NCBI GenBank assembly: GCA_963727895.1
Contig: CAVSHT010000012.1
Span: 1 to 64,000 of the forward strand
Origin: an uncultured Methanosarcinaceae archaeon
GTDB lineage: Archaea > Halobacteriota > Methanosarcinia > Methanosarcinales > Methanosarcinaceae
Direction of reading: 5' to 3'
Length of the DNA stretch: 64,000 bases
Shown here: in pieces, positions 35,482-47,472 of the stretch
How the letters are laid out: every line of letters begins with the position of its first letter
Position numbering within the stretch: the first letter of the stretch is position 1
Position numbers and translations under genes: made by a program
Notes under the pieces: model-generated
What the model was told of the DNA's origin: nothing
Databases searched by the model: none
The model's input: only the letters and a program-made list of their open reading frames with translations

Positions 35482-36220
35482 GGCTTTGATAATTAACTAT
35501 AGTTATATACTATTAGAAAGTATATTTCTTCATGGACTGCCCCAGATGCAATAGTTCTAATCACAAAAAGAATGGTATAGTTGGCGGGCGTCAACGGTAC
35601 AAATGCTCTGATTGTGGCTATAACTATACAGTAGAGTTAAAATCAACTGCTTTTTCTGCTTCTGTAAAAAGACAGGCTTTACAACTCTATCTTGAAGGAT
35701 TGGGCTTTCGCTCAATAGGACGATTTTTAGGGGTAAGTCATGTTTCTGTCCAAAAATGGATAAAGAAATTTGGTCAAGAGTGAGAGAACCTAAAAAGTGA
35801 AAGTGAGATATCTATTGTTGAAATGGATGAGATGCACACTTACATCGGTAACAAAAAAATATTGCTGGATCTGGATTGCTGTTGATATAGCTGGGAAAAA
35901 GTTCATCAACTGCTCTTTTGGTAACAGAGGAACAGAAACTGGAAAACTACTCTGGGAAAAATTGAAGAAAAAAGAGATTGGAGAAGTGATGACAGATCAC
36001 TGGAGGGCATATGCAGAGTTTCTTCCAGAAAAGAGTCATACTCAATCCAAAGCAGAAACATTTACAGTTGAGGGATATAACAGCATATTGAGGCATTTTC
36101 TAGCAAGATTGAGACGAAAGACAAAGTGTTATAAAAAAGTCTTGAAATGCTAAAGTACTCGGTTATTATATTGATGAAATACAGAAATAAAGAGCTAGAC
36201 TATGTTTAGTTAACAATGCC
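35482..36220 (+). mobile_element. IS1-family element
   Basis: Terminal IRs; 8-bp target duplication CTACTTAT (35474-35481, 36221-36228). Confidence 0.93.
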
Positions 36221-36430
36221 CTACTTATTAATACTTCTAGCCAGCTACTAGTAATATTTTATAATTCATAAATTTTAAAATTATTATATTCTCTTTCCTA
36301 TTACTGTCGAATTAGAAATATACTAAAATATAATGTCATACTTAAGCACAATTCATATCCCACCCTTTTATGTGGTAGTCTCTACTGCCGGACACCTCAA
36401 AACATTATATGTTCTTGGAGGACCTGAAAA

Positions 36431-38058
36431 ATGTATGGAATAGCACTTGATCTGGGTACCAGCGGTTTTAGAGCCCAGCTTATCGATCTTAACACGAAAG
36501 AAACCTTAAAGACAGTCATAACAATGGGTCATCCCCTTCCTGGGGGAAATGTTATGGACCACCTGGATTTTGCAATCACAACAGGTGAGGATGTGGCTCA
36601 TGCGGTAATTATCGAAACCATCAGGAGGATGTTCCTGCGGTTCGATGTTGACCTTTCCAAAGTGGAACGGCTGGCAGTCTGTGGAAACCCTATTCAGCTT
36701 TCCCTTTTCCAGAATATCGAAATAAGGGATCTGGCTTATGCAGGAGAAAACAAGCAAAAGAAGCTTGGAGTCCAGAATGTAAAAAGAGATGCCCGTGTAT
36801 TTCCTGCTTCCGAGATTTTCGGGGAAAAAGACTTACCAAACTGTGAAGTTATTGTGCCCTCCTGCAATCAAACACGAGATTGGAGCTGACGCTCTGGCTA
36901 TGATGCTTGAAACTGATTTCCTTATCCAGTCCGAACCTTCACTTGTCACGGATTACGGGACAAATGCCGAAATGGCTCTTAAAGTCGGGGATAGGATTAT
37001 CACCGCAAGCGCGGCTGCAGGACCTGCAATTGAAGGACAGGGTATAAGCTCAGGCATGCTCGCAAGCCCGGGTGCGATCTGTGACGTAAAACCTGAAGGA
37101 CAGTACTGGAGAATTATGGTTCTTGACAGGGAAATGGAAAAACAGAATGCTTACCTTATCCATCCGGTTACAGGGGAGATAAAGAGAGTCCTACGGGTAC
37201 GAGGCAGTTGGAATCACCGGCACAGGAGTTATCTCGGCCTTTGCTCTTGCACTCAAAAGCGGGCTGATTGAAAAATCTCCTAAACTTCCGAACGGAAAGC
37301 TGATCCTGGGCCCTGGAATTGAGATCACTGAGAAAGGATGTGGAAGAAGCCGGAAAAGCTATCGGGGCAATCCGGGCTGCTCATATGACTCTGATCGTTG
37401 AATCCGGGATTAAGTACGAAGATCTGGAGTACGCATATATGTCAGGAGCCTCCGGAGCCTATGTGGACGCTGAAGATTCCCGCAGGCTCGGAGCCGCACC
37501 GGGTTATGCAAAAAAAATTGTCCAGTTCGGAAATACCTCGCTTGCGCTTGCTCGGGAACTTGTGCTTGATAAATCCAGGCTGGATGACGTAGTAACGATT
37601 GCAAAGAAAATTACTGCCGACCACCTGATGATGGCAACCAGCGATGACTTTCAACAATTTCTACCTCTGCGAACTTTCCTACTGGACCCAGGGCATGCCT
37701 CTTGAGATGTACGACCAGATGCTTGAACTCTATGGCCTGCCTCCTCCTCCCCAAAACTCTTGAACACGTAAGCATCGAAAAACGAGTCAGCAAAGACATA
37801 GAACAGGTAGGACCAGGTGGGCTTGCCATTCTCAAAGAAATAGGCATAATTCTGGAAGTCCCAGTGGAAAAGTGTATCTACTGCAAAAAATGCGTAAAAG
37901 AATGTCCTGAGTCTGCTCTTGAAATCGTAGAAATAGACGGCAAACGAATCGCAAAATACGACAGCCAGAAATGTCTCGGCACAAGCTGTCACCGCTGTGT
38001 TTCTATCTGCCCTGAAAGTGCCATCGATATAACAAAACTGAAAATTACAGCAAAATAA
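36431..38058 (+). CDS. ramA: methylamine corrinoid protein reductive activase; about five apparent +1 frameshifts
   Basis: ALDLGTSGFR, TDYGTNAE, C-terminal ferredoxin-type CIYCKKC...CP; breaks near 36860, 37182, 37333, 37647, 37745. Confidence 0.9.
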
Positions 38059-38440
38059 TTTTATGGTGGATTAAACTTCCACTCATTTTTTTAAGTTTCG
38101 TTTTTCTTAATTCACGGAGTTCATCTCTAACTTAGCTAATATTTTTCTAACTTTTAAAATTGATTTAATTCTCTCGAAGAAATTAAGATTAAAAACAAGA
38201 TCAAAGTATAATTTTAAAAATCAATACAAGTTTAATTACATAATAAATTTCTATGTATAAAGAGAATTAAAGTCCTGAAACTGGAAAAGTAGGTTTATTT
38301 CTGGAAACATCTTCGCATAGTTTGCCGGGGCAAAGTGGGAGCTCTATAAACGATATAAAATTTAATATCTCAGATTAATGTAAAAAATAAATCAAATCAG
38401 AGTTCAAAAGTTTTCAAAAAGGGTTTTCAGAACTCAAGTT

Positions 38441-39220
38441 TTAGAGTACAGAATACAGCATTGACGCTGTTCCTATTCCCAGGGGTTCAGCTATAAGTTG
38501 CACATCATATTTTTTTCGCAGATCTTCAGAAATTGCGTAAGGAATTCCAGGGGTGGAAAGTACACAATTCTCCGAAAGTACAGCTTCAGGAATCGTATTT
38601 GCACATGGGGTTGCCTCGAAAATGGTGGAAAACTTTTTTGGAATTGCAGGGTCGAAAGGAATCATTTCAAGCTTTGAGGTAGTCTTCTTCAGAAGTTTTT
38701 CATCGGCATCATATCCATAAACCTTGAAACTTTTGTTCACAAGATGGGCTGCTCCGGGAAAACCTACCTTTCCGAGTCCAATAACAAGTACATCCTTTGA
38801 TTCGGCTATCAGGTTCCTGGAAGCAATCTCAGCATAGATTATACCTGTGCATGGCTGATTGTTGGCGATTTTTCCGTTTTTGATGTTATGTGCAAGAAAG
38901 GTGTGGTCATCAGCCATAAGGATAATTTCGGCTTCATTCTGTACAGCTTCGTAATAGCCGCTAACATCCGGCGTATCTGTAATAAAGCTGTCAAATCCAA
39001 AATACTGTGTAATTGCATTCAGAGATGCCGAAAAATTACCTATTATCCCGTTTCCTGAAGTTATAGGCACTATACCTACTTTTTCAAAACACGACAAGGT
39101 ACCGTAGAGATTTTCGCAGATTTGTTTTATATCAGATCCTGTTGCTTTCTTTACAGCAGAATCAGCTTTTTGAAGCTGTTTATTTATATTTGCCAAATCA
39201 TCGGGGGTTAAGAGTGCCAT
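38441..39220 (-). CDS. pylD: pyrrolysine synthase
   Basis: MALLTPDDL, MADD, GLGKVG, EPLGIGT; 259 aa. Confidence 0.96.
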   Translation of the reverse strand: MALLTPDDLANINKQLQKADSAVKKATGSDIKQICENLYGTLSCFEKVGIVPITSGNGIIGNFSASLNAITQYFGFDSFITDTPDVSGYYEAVQNEAEIILMADDHTFLAHNIKNGKIANNQPCTGIIYAEIASRNLIAESKDVLVIGLGKVGFPGAAHLVNKSFKVYGYDADEKLLKKTTSKLEMIPFDPAIPKKFSTIFEATPCANTIPEAVLSENCVLSTPGIPYAISEDLRKKYDVQLIAEPLGIGTASMLYSVL

Positions 39221-39299
39221 TTTATTCCTATTTCCTGTTTTTAGAAATTTTTAGTTTTTTAACCTTTTTTAATTCGTTTTCCAGCGCCTCTATTCATTC

Positions 39300-39656
39300 T
39301 TAAGACACAACTCCTAAACGATTTTTCAGAATCGAGATCCCTTTACATTTTTTTTCCTCGGCTTCTTCCTTATCTTTGCCCCAGAAAATCAGGGTAAATA
39401 CCTGTTTTTCTCCTTTGCGAAGCAATATCTCAATGCCAGGTTCTTCATAGAATTTTTCGTAGTCATCATCCTTGGAAAAAGCCAGGTTTCCCACAGGAAC
39501 AAGACCTCCATTTTTTTCGAGTATTAGGTGTTCGTAAATACAGTATTTTTCGCAGATTCCTTCTATATCAAGCCCTTTTACTTTTTCAACGGGAGAATAA
39601 GATTTTTGAAGCTGCTCATTTATATTTGCCAAATCATCTGGAGTTGAGGGTGTCAT
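39300..39656 (-). CDS. chimeric ORF: PylD residues 1-36 fused to PylC C-terminal ~82 aa
   Basis: Direct alignment to neighbouring pylD and pylC; own GGAG RBS; uninterrupted 118 codons. Confidence 0.8.
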   Translation of the reverse strand: MTPSTPDDLANINEQLQKSYSPVEKVKGLDIEGICEKYCIYEHLILEKNGGLVPVGNLAFSKDDDYEKFYEEPGIEILLRKGEKQVFTLIFWGKDKEEAEEKKCKGISILKNRLGVVS

Positions 39657-39729
39657 ATTATCTCCATTTTCTGCTTTTGGGCATTTTTAATTTCTTTAAT
39701 CTTTTTTAATTCGCTTTTCAGGCTTTATT

Positions 39730-40827
39730 TCATCCTTCATATAGCGCTTCGAAACGATTTTTCAGAATTGAAATTCCTTTGCTTTTATTTTTCTCGGCTT
39801 CTTCTTTATCCTTGCCCCAGAAAATCAAGGTAAATACCGGATTTTCTCCTTTGCAAAGAAAAATCTCAGTGCCGGGCTCTTCATAGAATTTCCCATAATC
39901 GTTTCCCATAGAAAGTACCTGTTCTCCTACGGGAACAAGAATTCCGTTTTCTCCGAGCATTAAGTGTTCATAAATACAATATTTATTTTCAGGAAGAGCA
40001 CTTATTTCCTCAATACCATCAGTAAAAGCGCGGAAAAGGAGTTCTATCAGGTTAATCCCTGATGAATAATAAACGGTTGTTGGGGTCTGGCTTGGAAAAC
40101 GAGCATCGATTTCGATTACTCTAAGCCCTTTTGGGCCGGATATTGCTTCTACATCCATAATTCCTTTCAAGGATAAATTTGCTGCAAGAGTATAGGATAT
40201 CTGCCTGAAGTGAGGTTCAGAAGGAAGAGGGGTAACCGTGTGGCAGTCATAGGTTTCGTCTATATGGATCAGTGTTTCTTTTACCACAGCAAAATGGTTT
40301 CCATCTCCTATAACTTCGAGAGATACCACTTCTCCTTCTACATATTCCTCGACCATCATTCCAGGTTCAAGGTCTCCAAGTTCCTTGTCATCATAGATTA
40401 TTCTGGCTCCAATACTGCTGCTTTCACAGGGAGGTTTTACAAAATAAGGTGGTTCTGAAGGTTTGTCCTGAGGAGTAGGAACTCCTATGGACTTAAAATA
40501 ATCTTTTGAACGTTTTTTGTCCCTGCTTATCCAGTAAGCTTCAAAATCAAAGAGTACCGGGCAGAAGAACTTTTCTTTTATTGAACTTAGAAATTCGATG
40601 CAGACCAGGTTTTCGTTCACAGGAAGTAACGCATCTACGCTTTTTGAGAGTTCAAGAAGTTTTTCAGGTTCTTTTATCACATCAAAACAATGAAATTCAT
40701 CCACATAATTCCGGATAAGGGCTTGCGGATTTTTATCTACCAGAACTACTCTCATTCCTGCTTTTTTAGACAGATATGCAGCTTCGAAGCCCTGGAGTTT
40801 CCCGCCTACAAGACAGATCGTCTTCAA
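39730..40827 (-). CDS. pylC: 3-methylornithine--L-lysine ligase
   Basis: TTG start, KTICLVGGKLQGFEA, ATP-grasp EIDARFPSQTP. Confidence 0.95.
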   Translation of the reverse strand: MKTICLVGGKLQGFEAAYLSKKAGMRVVLVDKNPQALIRNYVDEFHCFDVIKEPEKLLELSKSVDALLPVNENLVCIEFLSSIKEKFFCPVLFDFEAYWISRDKKRSKDYFKSIGVPTPQDKPSEPPYFVKPPCESSSIGARIIYDDKELGDLEPGMMVEEYVEGEVVSLEVIGDGNHFAVVKETLIHIDETYDCHTVTPLPSEPHFRQISYTLAANLSLKGIMDVEAISGPKGLRVIEIDARFPSQTPTTVYYSSGINLIELLFRAFTDGIEEISALPENKYCIYEHLMLGENGILVPVGEQVLSMGNDYGKFYEEPGTEIFLCKGENPVFTLIFWGKDKEEAEKNKSKGISILKNRFEALYEG

Positions 40828-40828
40828 G

Positions 40829-41880
40829 CTAGCACCCCAAAACTGCCTCAAAGTCAGCCTGCCTGGCAGGCTCCATACCCATAGTCTCAAGCCTTTGGAT
40901 CACACTTTTTATATCCCTGTCTCGTTCTTCAAGGTCGCGGTCATAGTTTGCAACACCTTCCAGTTGAGAATCGGGGGAAGAATCGAAGTAACAATATTTG
41001 CCCCTGCATTTAGGCGATGAACCATTCCATCAATGCCTTCAAGGTCAAGGGATGCAGGTATAAGGCGTTTAGGGAACATTAACCTGAGAACCGAGATAAT
41101 TTTCAGTTCCGAGAGATTTGATTTCTCTCTGAAATTCTCAAGAGGGGTTCCTTCCTGGGGTAAAAAGGTCATAACTCTGACCATATCTGGGTCATTTGAT
41201 TTCATACCTCTCAAGGACAGAATGGTAGACTCGATATCGTTTCCAACACCTGTAAGAATCCCATCTTCTACACAATATCCCTGTTTTTTAGCAAAAAGGC
41301 GTGCATTGACACGTCCATCGAATGACTGTCCAACTCTTAGTTTCCTGTAGAGGTCAGTGTCATAAGTTTCTTGATAAAGAGCCAGGAAATTTGCTCCTTT
41401 TTCTTTAGCTTTAATAAGAGTAGCATTATCCATTACGCCTGGAGAAATCATTATGGGAAGCCCAAGTTCTTCTTTTACTATCTGGACAAGTTCAACGAAC
41501 CTGTTTGGATCTTCATAATAATAGGGATCTTCTCCCATGGTCAGATCAACCATATGAAAACCTGCTCCTTTCAAGGTTTTGCAGGTTTCTTTTATTTCTT
41601 CTGTGGTTAGACGATAGCGATTGATTTCGTTTCCACAGTTATAATAACAAAAAGAACATTGATTTTTACAGTAAGTGGAGAAATAGATGAAACAATTGAG
41701 AAATACTCTGTTTCCAAAATAGTGATCTCTTACTTTTCGCGCTGCAGAGTAAAGTTTTTTCAGATATTCTTCGGATTCAAGGGAGAGAAGCATCCTCAGG
41801 TCGTCGTCAGATAGTTGATAACCTTGAATTATTCTTTCCCCTAACATGTCAAACTCTTCAAGTGCCATTTTTTGAACCAA
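40829..41880 (-). CDS. pylB: 3-methylornithine synthase (radical SAM); apparent 1-nt deletion near 40975; TAG stop
   Basis: CKNQCSFC motif; restoring one base gives 350 aa ending DFEAVLGC-TAG. Confidence 0.93.
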
Positions 41881-42188
41881 AATTTCACCCTCTCATATGT
41901 TTTTCTAAACTTTACGGCTCAATTGGGGCCGAATTGCCATTTTAATCATTTTTTTAGCTTATTTTGCCATATTGAATTTTATCATCCCGTTTTTTCTATT
42001 TAATTTTCCAATTTTATTTTGCCATTTAGTTTTTCTATTTAATTTTGTCATTATATATTTTTTTGAACGATTGCCTTTCGATTTTACCATTTATATTGCC
42101 ATTTTCTCTTTTGCCATTCAATTATAATGTTCTAATTCTCTTTTATCCGTTTTTAGCTGCTCCAGATTCTTTAAACAAATTTTTTAGC

Positions 42189-43521
<1,333 letters not shown>

Positions 43522-43697
43522 CTACTTACTGAATATAAGCACGGAATCAACAGTTTGCTGACCACTACCCGGAAAATAAAAGTGATCCCATACAGTAGAA
43601 CCAATTTATAAGTTCTGAAAGGTTCTATAATTATTCTGAAAAAAATTTCCAGATTAATAATTGGGGTATTGTGTTGCCATTCCGGGATTCAGAAATA

Positions 43698-43769
43698 TGG
43701 CGGAAACCCCGGGAATCTAACCCGGCTGAACGGATTTAGAGTCCATTCGATCTACATGATCAGGTTCCC
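43698..43769 (-). tRNA. pylT: tRNA-Pyl (CUA)
   Basis: GGGAACCTGATCATGTAGATCGAATGGACTCTAAATCCGTTCAGCCGGGTTAGATTCCCGGGGTTTCCGCCA, 72 nt with encoded CCA. Confidence 0.98.
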
Positions 43770-43908
43770 TCCTAGATAAAATAGATTTAACAAAGCGTTT
43801 TGCTTCCTGTATGGTGATCTTATATTTCATTATAAAATAATAGTGTTTAGTATATATCTTTATTGGTAAAAATCCCTACAAAAAGTTGAACTCTTACTTA
43901 TATTTTTT

Positions 43909-43973
43909 GCAAGCCTTTTTAAAAAAGGCTTGAGCGAAAAACTCCTCAAGAATAGCATGATATCATGGCGCAA
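43909..43973. repeat. REP-like palindromic repeat, copy A
   Basis: GCAAGCCTTTTTAAAAAAGGCTTGAGCGAAAA; inverted relative to the copies at 51887-51987. Confidence 0.75.
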
Positions 43974-43986
43974 TTCAACCCTTTTT

Positions 43987-44742
43987 TCAAAAGGTTTTCT
44001 TTGTTATCCTCCATTCATTAGCAAAGGCGAGCATGGATTCTTTTCTTAGCTGACCTATGAGGCAGACGCTTGTGTTTTTTGCGGCTTCAACGCCTGAGTC
44101 GAAGGGCATTGATTTAGTAGCGATAAGAGGAATTCCTGCTCTTGCAGCTTTTGTGATCATATAGGCAGGCTGCCTGCCTGTGGAGAGTAAGTAATGTTGT
44201 GACAGGTCAAGACCTTTTAGAAAAGCGGCTCCAACGGCTTTATCTACTGCGTTATGCCTCCCAACATCAACAATTTGCATATTCAGTTTTCCGGTTTTAT
44301 CTATCAGGGCTGCAAGATGCGTTCCTCTGGTTAGTTTATATGTGTCGGATTCAAGGTATTCTGTACCTGCAAAGATGACTTGCGGTTCAAAAACCGAGTC
44401 TGAATCTACAAAGATTTCTTTGCTGACTGTTTCTTCGTTTTCGTTTTTTCCGGCGGTTTCGGTATTGAGAGGTTGTTTTTCTTTTTGGGTCTGAATGTGA
44501 ATGTTGTTACCTTCGATCTCAACATTTTTAATTTCACTGAAGCTAATAGCGCCTTCTGTTATAAGGTGTCCGACTGCAAGCTCTTTGAGTTCGAATGGGG
44601 AGACAAAAAGCGTCGTAAAGAGTTTTCCATCAAGAAAAAGTTTAACAGGGAATTCCCTTGCTAGCAGCACGTTAACATTTTCGGTTCTGCCGTTTGAATT
44701 GATTCTTTTTGCAGGGTAAGGAGTGGTATATCTTTCAGGCAT
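43987..44742 (-). CDS. fdhD: FdhD-family sulfurtransferase
   Basis: ELAVGHLITEG, TRGTHLAA, DVGRHNAVDKAVG, STGR. Confidence 0.85.
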   Translation of the reverse strand: MPERYTTPYPAKRINSNGRTENVNVLLAREFPVKLFLDGKLFTTLFVSPFELKELAVGHLITEGAISFSEIKNVEIEGNNIHIQTQKEKQPLNTETAGKNENEETVSKEIFVDSDSVFEPQVIFAGTEYLESDTYKLTRGTHLAALIDKTGKLNMQIVDVGRHNAVDKAVGAAFLKGLDLSQHYLLSTGRQPAYMITKAARAGIPLIATKSMPFDSGVEAAKNTSVCLIGQLRKESMLAFANEWRITKKTF

Positions 44743-44809
44743 ATGGATCTATTTTCTCGCTTTTTTCTTGTTAGTGAACATATATATCCATATGCCTTTT
44801 TCTTTTCCG

Positions 44810-46312
44810 TTAGCTCAGGTAGATTGCAATATAGTCGATATGTAAAGTACCTTGTTGATTATTTTTTGTAATAACTTTCAAGTTAAATATAAGGTCTGAA
44901 GATGAAGCTGGTGATGTTTTAAACGTTTTAGTATCATAAAGAACTCTCCAGCCTGTTGGGAAGTTGGTTATTGAATCAAATTGTACTCCTGGAAGTGACA
45001 TTTCCATTGTTGGTTCCTTAGAGGATTCTTTATCGTACTTATAAATGATCATAACTGTTGCTTTAGAAGGAGTAGATTTAAACTCCATATAATTATTGAA
45101 TTTTAGTGTTAAGTTAATATTTTCGTTTTCTCCTATGTGTTTTGAAAACTCATTTTTAGGGTTATAGGAAATTAGTTCTGTATTTGTAGAGCTTTCTGGA
45201 AGTATTGATGGGTTCACATAGTTACTGTCCTCAAGGTTTGCAGGATCAGGGGACGGAGATAATGCTATATCATTATATGTTCCAGTAAATGTATCAAAAC
45301 AATACCATTGTTTCAGCTTCATTGCACTTCTAATCAAACTATAATCAAAATTACTTTCTGTTCCAAGACCAGCACCTATTATGGTTTTACTTACATAGAG
45401 CCTTTCAAGTGTCTTATCGCCGCTAGGGAGAAAAGAGAAACGTACGTGACCAGAGCCTTGAAGATATTGAACAGTATAATCTTTCCCGTATTTGAGTCCT
45501 TTATCTTGTGCAATTTCATTGAAGTATTCAATCCAGGCATCCGGGTATTTTGTAGCAATTGTCAGGCTAAAAGTGTTGATATTTGACCCCGTGCTATCAT
45601 ATACAGGCTCTGTTTTATATCCTGCCAGTTGAAGTGGAATTATAGTATTTGAGGAAATAGAATAGTGCTTGCCTGAAATTTGGACTGCCTTAATTATGAC
45701 TGTGCACTTGCTTTTGTCAGTTTCATCTTCTTCTATAGTGATTGCAGGCGACTGTCTCATCACAGAGCTTTCATCGTTTGCAAGAATTAAGGCTCCATTT
45801 TCATACCTGAAGATCTGGTTTGGATACTGCTTGTTTTCAGGACAGGTGATTCCCCCACAATCAATAGTAAAGTTATCAGGTTCTATTTTTTGGGAGGAGC
45901 TGCGTGGTATTACTGTCATTGCATACCTCTCGGTATTCACATCAAGTTTTCCATTACATTTTGAAGGTTCTAAAAAAGGAATGTCACACCCTCCCATATT
46001 AACTGGACCAGATATCGAAATACTACGACTCAAATAATTATTTGATTCCATTAGTTTGGAAAATATATCAACACTTGTTTTCACTCCCACCATATCGTTC
46101 CATGTATCGTGCATATGATTCATTTCGGCATCATTTTTCCACTCTGGAACATATTCAAGCTTGACTACTGAAATTATTGTAAATACGAGAGCTAGGAGCA
46201 ATACTGCTGCGATAGCCGTTGCAGCAGCAGATTCCGAATTGAAAAAACAGGATAAGCTTTTTTCTTTCCTGCTTTTTGTCTCTCTCCTTGTTGTAATAGT
46301 TTTCGGGAACAT
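44810..46312 (-). CDS. large pilin-like protein with probable class III signal peptide
   Basis: NSESAAATAIAAVLLLALV..YVPEW; YENGALI; paralogue of the adjacent gene. Confidence 0.65.
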   Translation of the reverse strand: MFPKTITTRRETKSRKEKSLSCFFNSESAAATAIAAVLLLALVFTIISVVKLEYVPEWKNDAEMNHMHDTWNDMVGVKTSVDIFSKLMESNNYLSRSISISGPVNMGGCDIPFLEPSKCNGKLDVNTERYAMTVIPRSSSQKIEPDNFTIDCGGITCPENKQYPNQIFRYENGALILANDESSVMRQSPAITIEEDETDKSKCTVIIKAVQISGKHYSISSNTIIPLQLAGYKTEPVYDSTGSNINTFSLTIATKYPDAWIEYFNEIAQDKGLKYGKDYTVQYLQGSGHVRFSFLPSGDKTLERLYVSKTIIGAGLGTESNFDYSLIRSAMKLKQWYCFDTFTGTYNDIALSPSPDPANLEDSNYVNPSILPESSTNTELISYNPKNEFSKHIGENENINLTLKFNNYMEFKSTPSKATVMIIYKYDKESSKEPTMEMSLPGVQFDSITNFPTGWRVLYDTKTFKTSPASSSDLIFNLKVITKNNQQGTLHIDYIAIYLS

Positions 46313-46380
46313 TTTCCAAACCTTTGAGTGTGAGTTTTATTATTCCTTAAGTTTTTACCTAATTCCACATTCAATTCAGT

Positions 46381-47431
46381 TCAGATTAAGCCGATTCCAG
46401 GTTCAGCCTTGATTACAGTCTCACTTATATACAGCCTTTTGATGATATCAGAATTGGTATTACTCCCGCTATTTCCTTTGCTTGTATCGGGTGCTGCAGT
46501 GAAGGTAAAACGCACATTGTTGCCAGTAAGCCTTTCAATGTTGTATTTTTCTGAGCTTATTTTTGCATCTTCCATTGCTTTATTTAGATACTGAATCCAG
46601 GCTTCTGGATAATTTGAAGTAATTATCATTATAAATTTGTCTACACTCATTGGCTGACTTTTCTTACTTTCATCGCCCGAATTATCTGTCTCACTATCAT
46701 AATGGGAGACGTAATTAATTCCTGTAAGACGGAGGGAGCATTCGCTATTTGATGAAATTATTTCAGGGAGAACATGAGGGTTCTGACAGACACTTATCGT
46801 ATTTATTGAAATATTACTCATTATGCCCATTGTTTGCTGTCGTGGAGAAACGGAGCGAAGGATAGAGCATCATGACTGCTTGGTCATCTTGGTCCAGTAT
46901 TAAGGCTCCGTTTTCATAACTGAAAACCTGATCTACATAGTGGCCATTCTGAGAAGTGTAAGTAACGGTACCGCAATCGATAGAGTTGACTTTTGGAGTG
47001 GTATCAGGGTTTACTATTATGCTTATTACGCACTTACCTTTGTTTACAGCAAGAGTTCCACTTGACTTCATTGAGACTATGAATGGAATGTCTCCGCCTC
47101 CCATATGAATAGGTACACTTGTTACTAAACCAGAGGCTGTACAATTTGAATACAAGGAATTAATTGGGGTACAATTAGAGCTTGAAGCTAGGACAATTGA
47201 CATCACATCTGCTCTTAACTTAAGTTCTGTCATGTCTTTCCATACATCATCCATATGAGCGTATTCGGCATCGTTTTTCCACTCAGGGACGCAGTCTACC
47301 CATGCAATGGTGAGTACTGAAAATATGATTCCCAATAGCAATACTGCCCCAATGACAGTTGCTGTTCCAGATTCAGAATTGAAAAAAAGCTCTTTTTCTG
47401 ATCTGGCTCTCTTTTCTTTGTTTTTTTTCAT
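46381..47431 (-). CDS. pilin-like protein, frameshift near 46815
   Basis: NSESGTATVIGAVLLLGI..VPEW; the two ORFs together align with 44810-46312 (YENGALI, YPEAW, RLYISET). Confidence 0.65.
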
Positions 47432-47472
47432 TTATTTTCAAACCCCCTGCCTCCAACTCCTTATTCGAGTCA

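Noticed and set aside
35781..35783. Selenocysteine recoding of the IS TGA
   Set aside because: Aligned codon is Leu, not Cys, and no Sec machinery is visible
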